Shown here: piece after piece, positions 63,387 to 64,000 of the stretch
Layout of the letters: the number at the start of each line of letters is the position of its first letter
Numbering within the stretch: position 1 is the first letter of the stretch
Assembly (NCBI GenBank): GCA_024636635.1
Contig: JAGXGV010000030.1
Coordinates: 186 to 64,185 of the forward strand
Direction: 5' to 3'
Length of the DNA stretch: 64,000 bases
From: Puniceibacterium sp.
GTDB taxonomy: Bacteria > Pseudomonadota > Alphaproteobacteria > Rhodobacterales > Rhodobacteraceae
Translations under genes and position numbers: made by a program
Notes under the pieces: generated by a model
Told to the model about the DNA's origin: nothing
Seen by the model: only the letters and a program-made list of their open reading frames with translations
The model's database searches: none

Positions 63387-63548
63387 GATTCTGAATCCTG
63401 AAAAATTGTTACGTCCGCAGGTCATCGGTGCAAATCTTGTCCAAATAAAGCTGTATTTGAGGCAGTTCGCTTCAATCCTGCGCAGAGCGCGTTCCGGTTG
63501 TGCGTGACCGGGTAACAGGTTTCTGCAGCAGGTCTGTGCCGGATGCAG

Positions 63549-63576
63549 AAAGGCCCCGCGCGATGGCGGGGCCTTT
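63549..63576 (-). terminator. Terminator after ctaD
   Basis: AAAGGCCCCGC-GCGATG-GCGGGGCCTTT. Confidence 0.75.
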
Positions 63577-63602
63577 CGGAGCTTTCGATAGGGGCGGGAT
63601 GC

Positions 63603-64000
63603 CTAGTGGGCATGTCCCTTGTCCCAATCCTCGCGCTTGGGAAGCTGCTCGAACGTGTGTTCGGGCGGGGGCGAGGGCAGGGTCCATTCCAGCGTGTCCG
63701 CATATTCGTTCCACGGATTCGCCTGCGTGCAAGCCTCGCCTTTGCGCAGGGCCCAGACCATTACGCCGATGAAGAACAGGAACGAGGCGAAGGACAGGAA
63801 GGCCCCCAGCGACGAGACATAGTTCCAGGTGGCGAATGCCTCGGGATAGTCGATGTAGCGGCGCGGCATGCCTTGGCGGCCCAGAAAGTGCTGCGGGAAG
63901 AAGGTGATGTTCGCACCGATGAACATCGCCCAGAAGTGCAGCTTGCCGGCCCATTCGGGGTACATCTTGCCGGTCATCTTGGGGAAATAGAAGTAGATCC
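63603..64000 (-). CDS. ctaD: Cytochrome c oxidase subunit I (3' part, runs off the window)
   Basis: [35 protein letters not shown]. Confidence 0.96.
   Translation of the reverse strand, partial: IYFYFPKMTGKMYPEWAGKLHFWAMFIGANITFFPQHFLGRQGMPRRYIDYPEAFATWNYVSSLGAFLSFASFLFFIGVMVWALRKGEACTQANPWNEYADTLEWTLPSPPPEHTFEQLPKREDWDKGHAH

Overview
GC-rich chromosomal backbone of a Rhodobacteraceae (Roseobacter-group) alphaproteobacterium, about 70 genes. I found no phage, IS, integrase or CRISPR. Recognisable modules: gloA/thyX/suhB, a propionyl-CoA assimilation cluster (pccB-pccA-mcm) preceded by tRNA-Leu(UAA), ppx-ppk1-hda, proS, folB-folP-glmM, a ppdK-like gene, glyQ/glyS, ilvC, carA and the 3' end of ctaD. 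Most notable observations: (i) a Slam + TbpB-like lipoprotein pair (type XI secretion) with no TonB receptor in the window; (ii) a perfect CtrA box in front of an orphan MshEN-domain GT2 synthase; (iii) five EcfG-type promoter motifs (GGAAC-N16/17-CGTT; two exact, three with mismatches) in front of envelope proteins, two of which are too short for the ORF track; (iv) apparently inactivated enzyme domains in a PPDK, a FolB-kinase fusion and a cell-wall pseudo-protease; (v) a 25-bp AT-rich palindrome family, one copy translated in frame inside glyS; (vi) an orphan putR, several pseudogene remnants and an sRNA candidate. All assignments come from reading motifs by eye; no searches were run.
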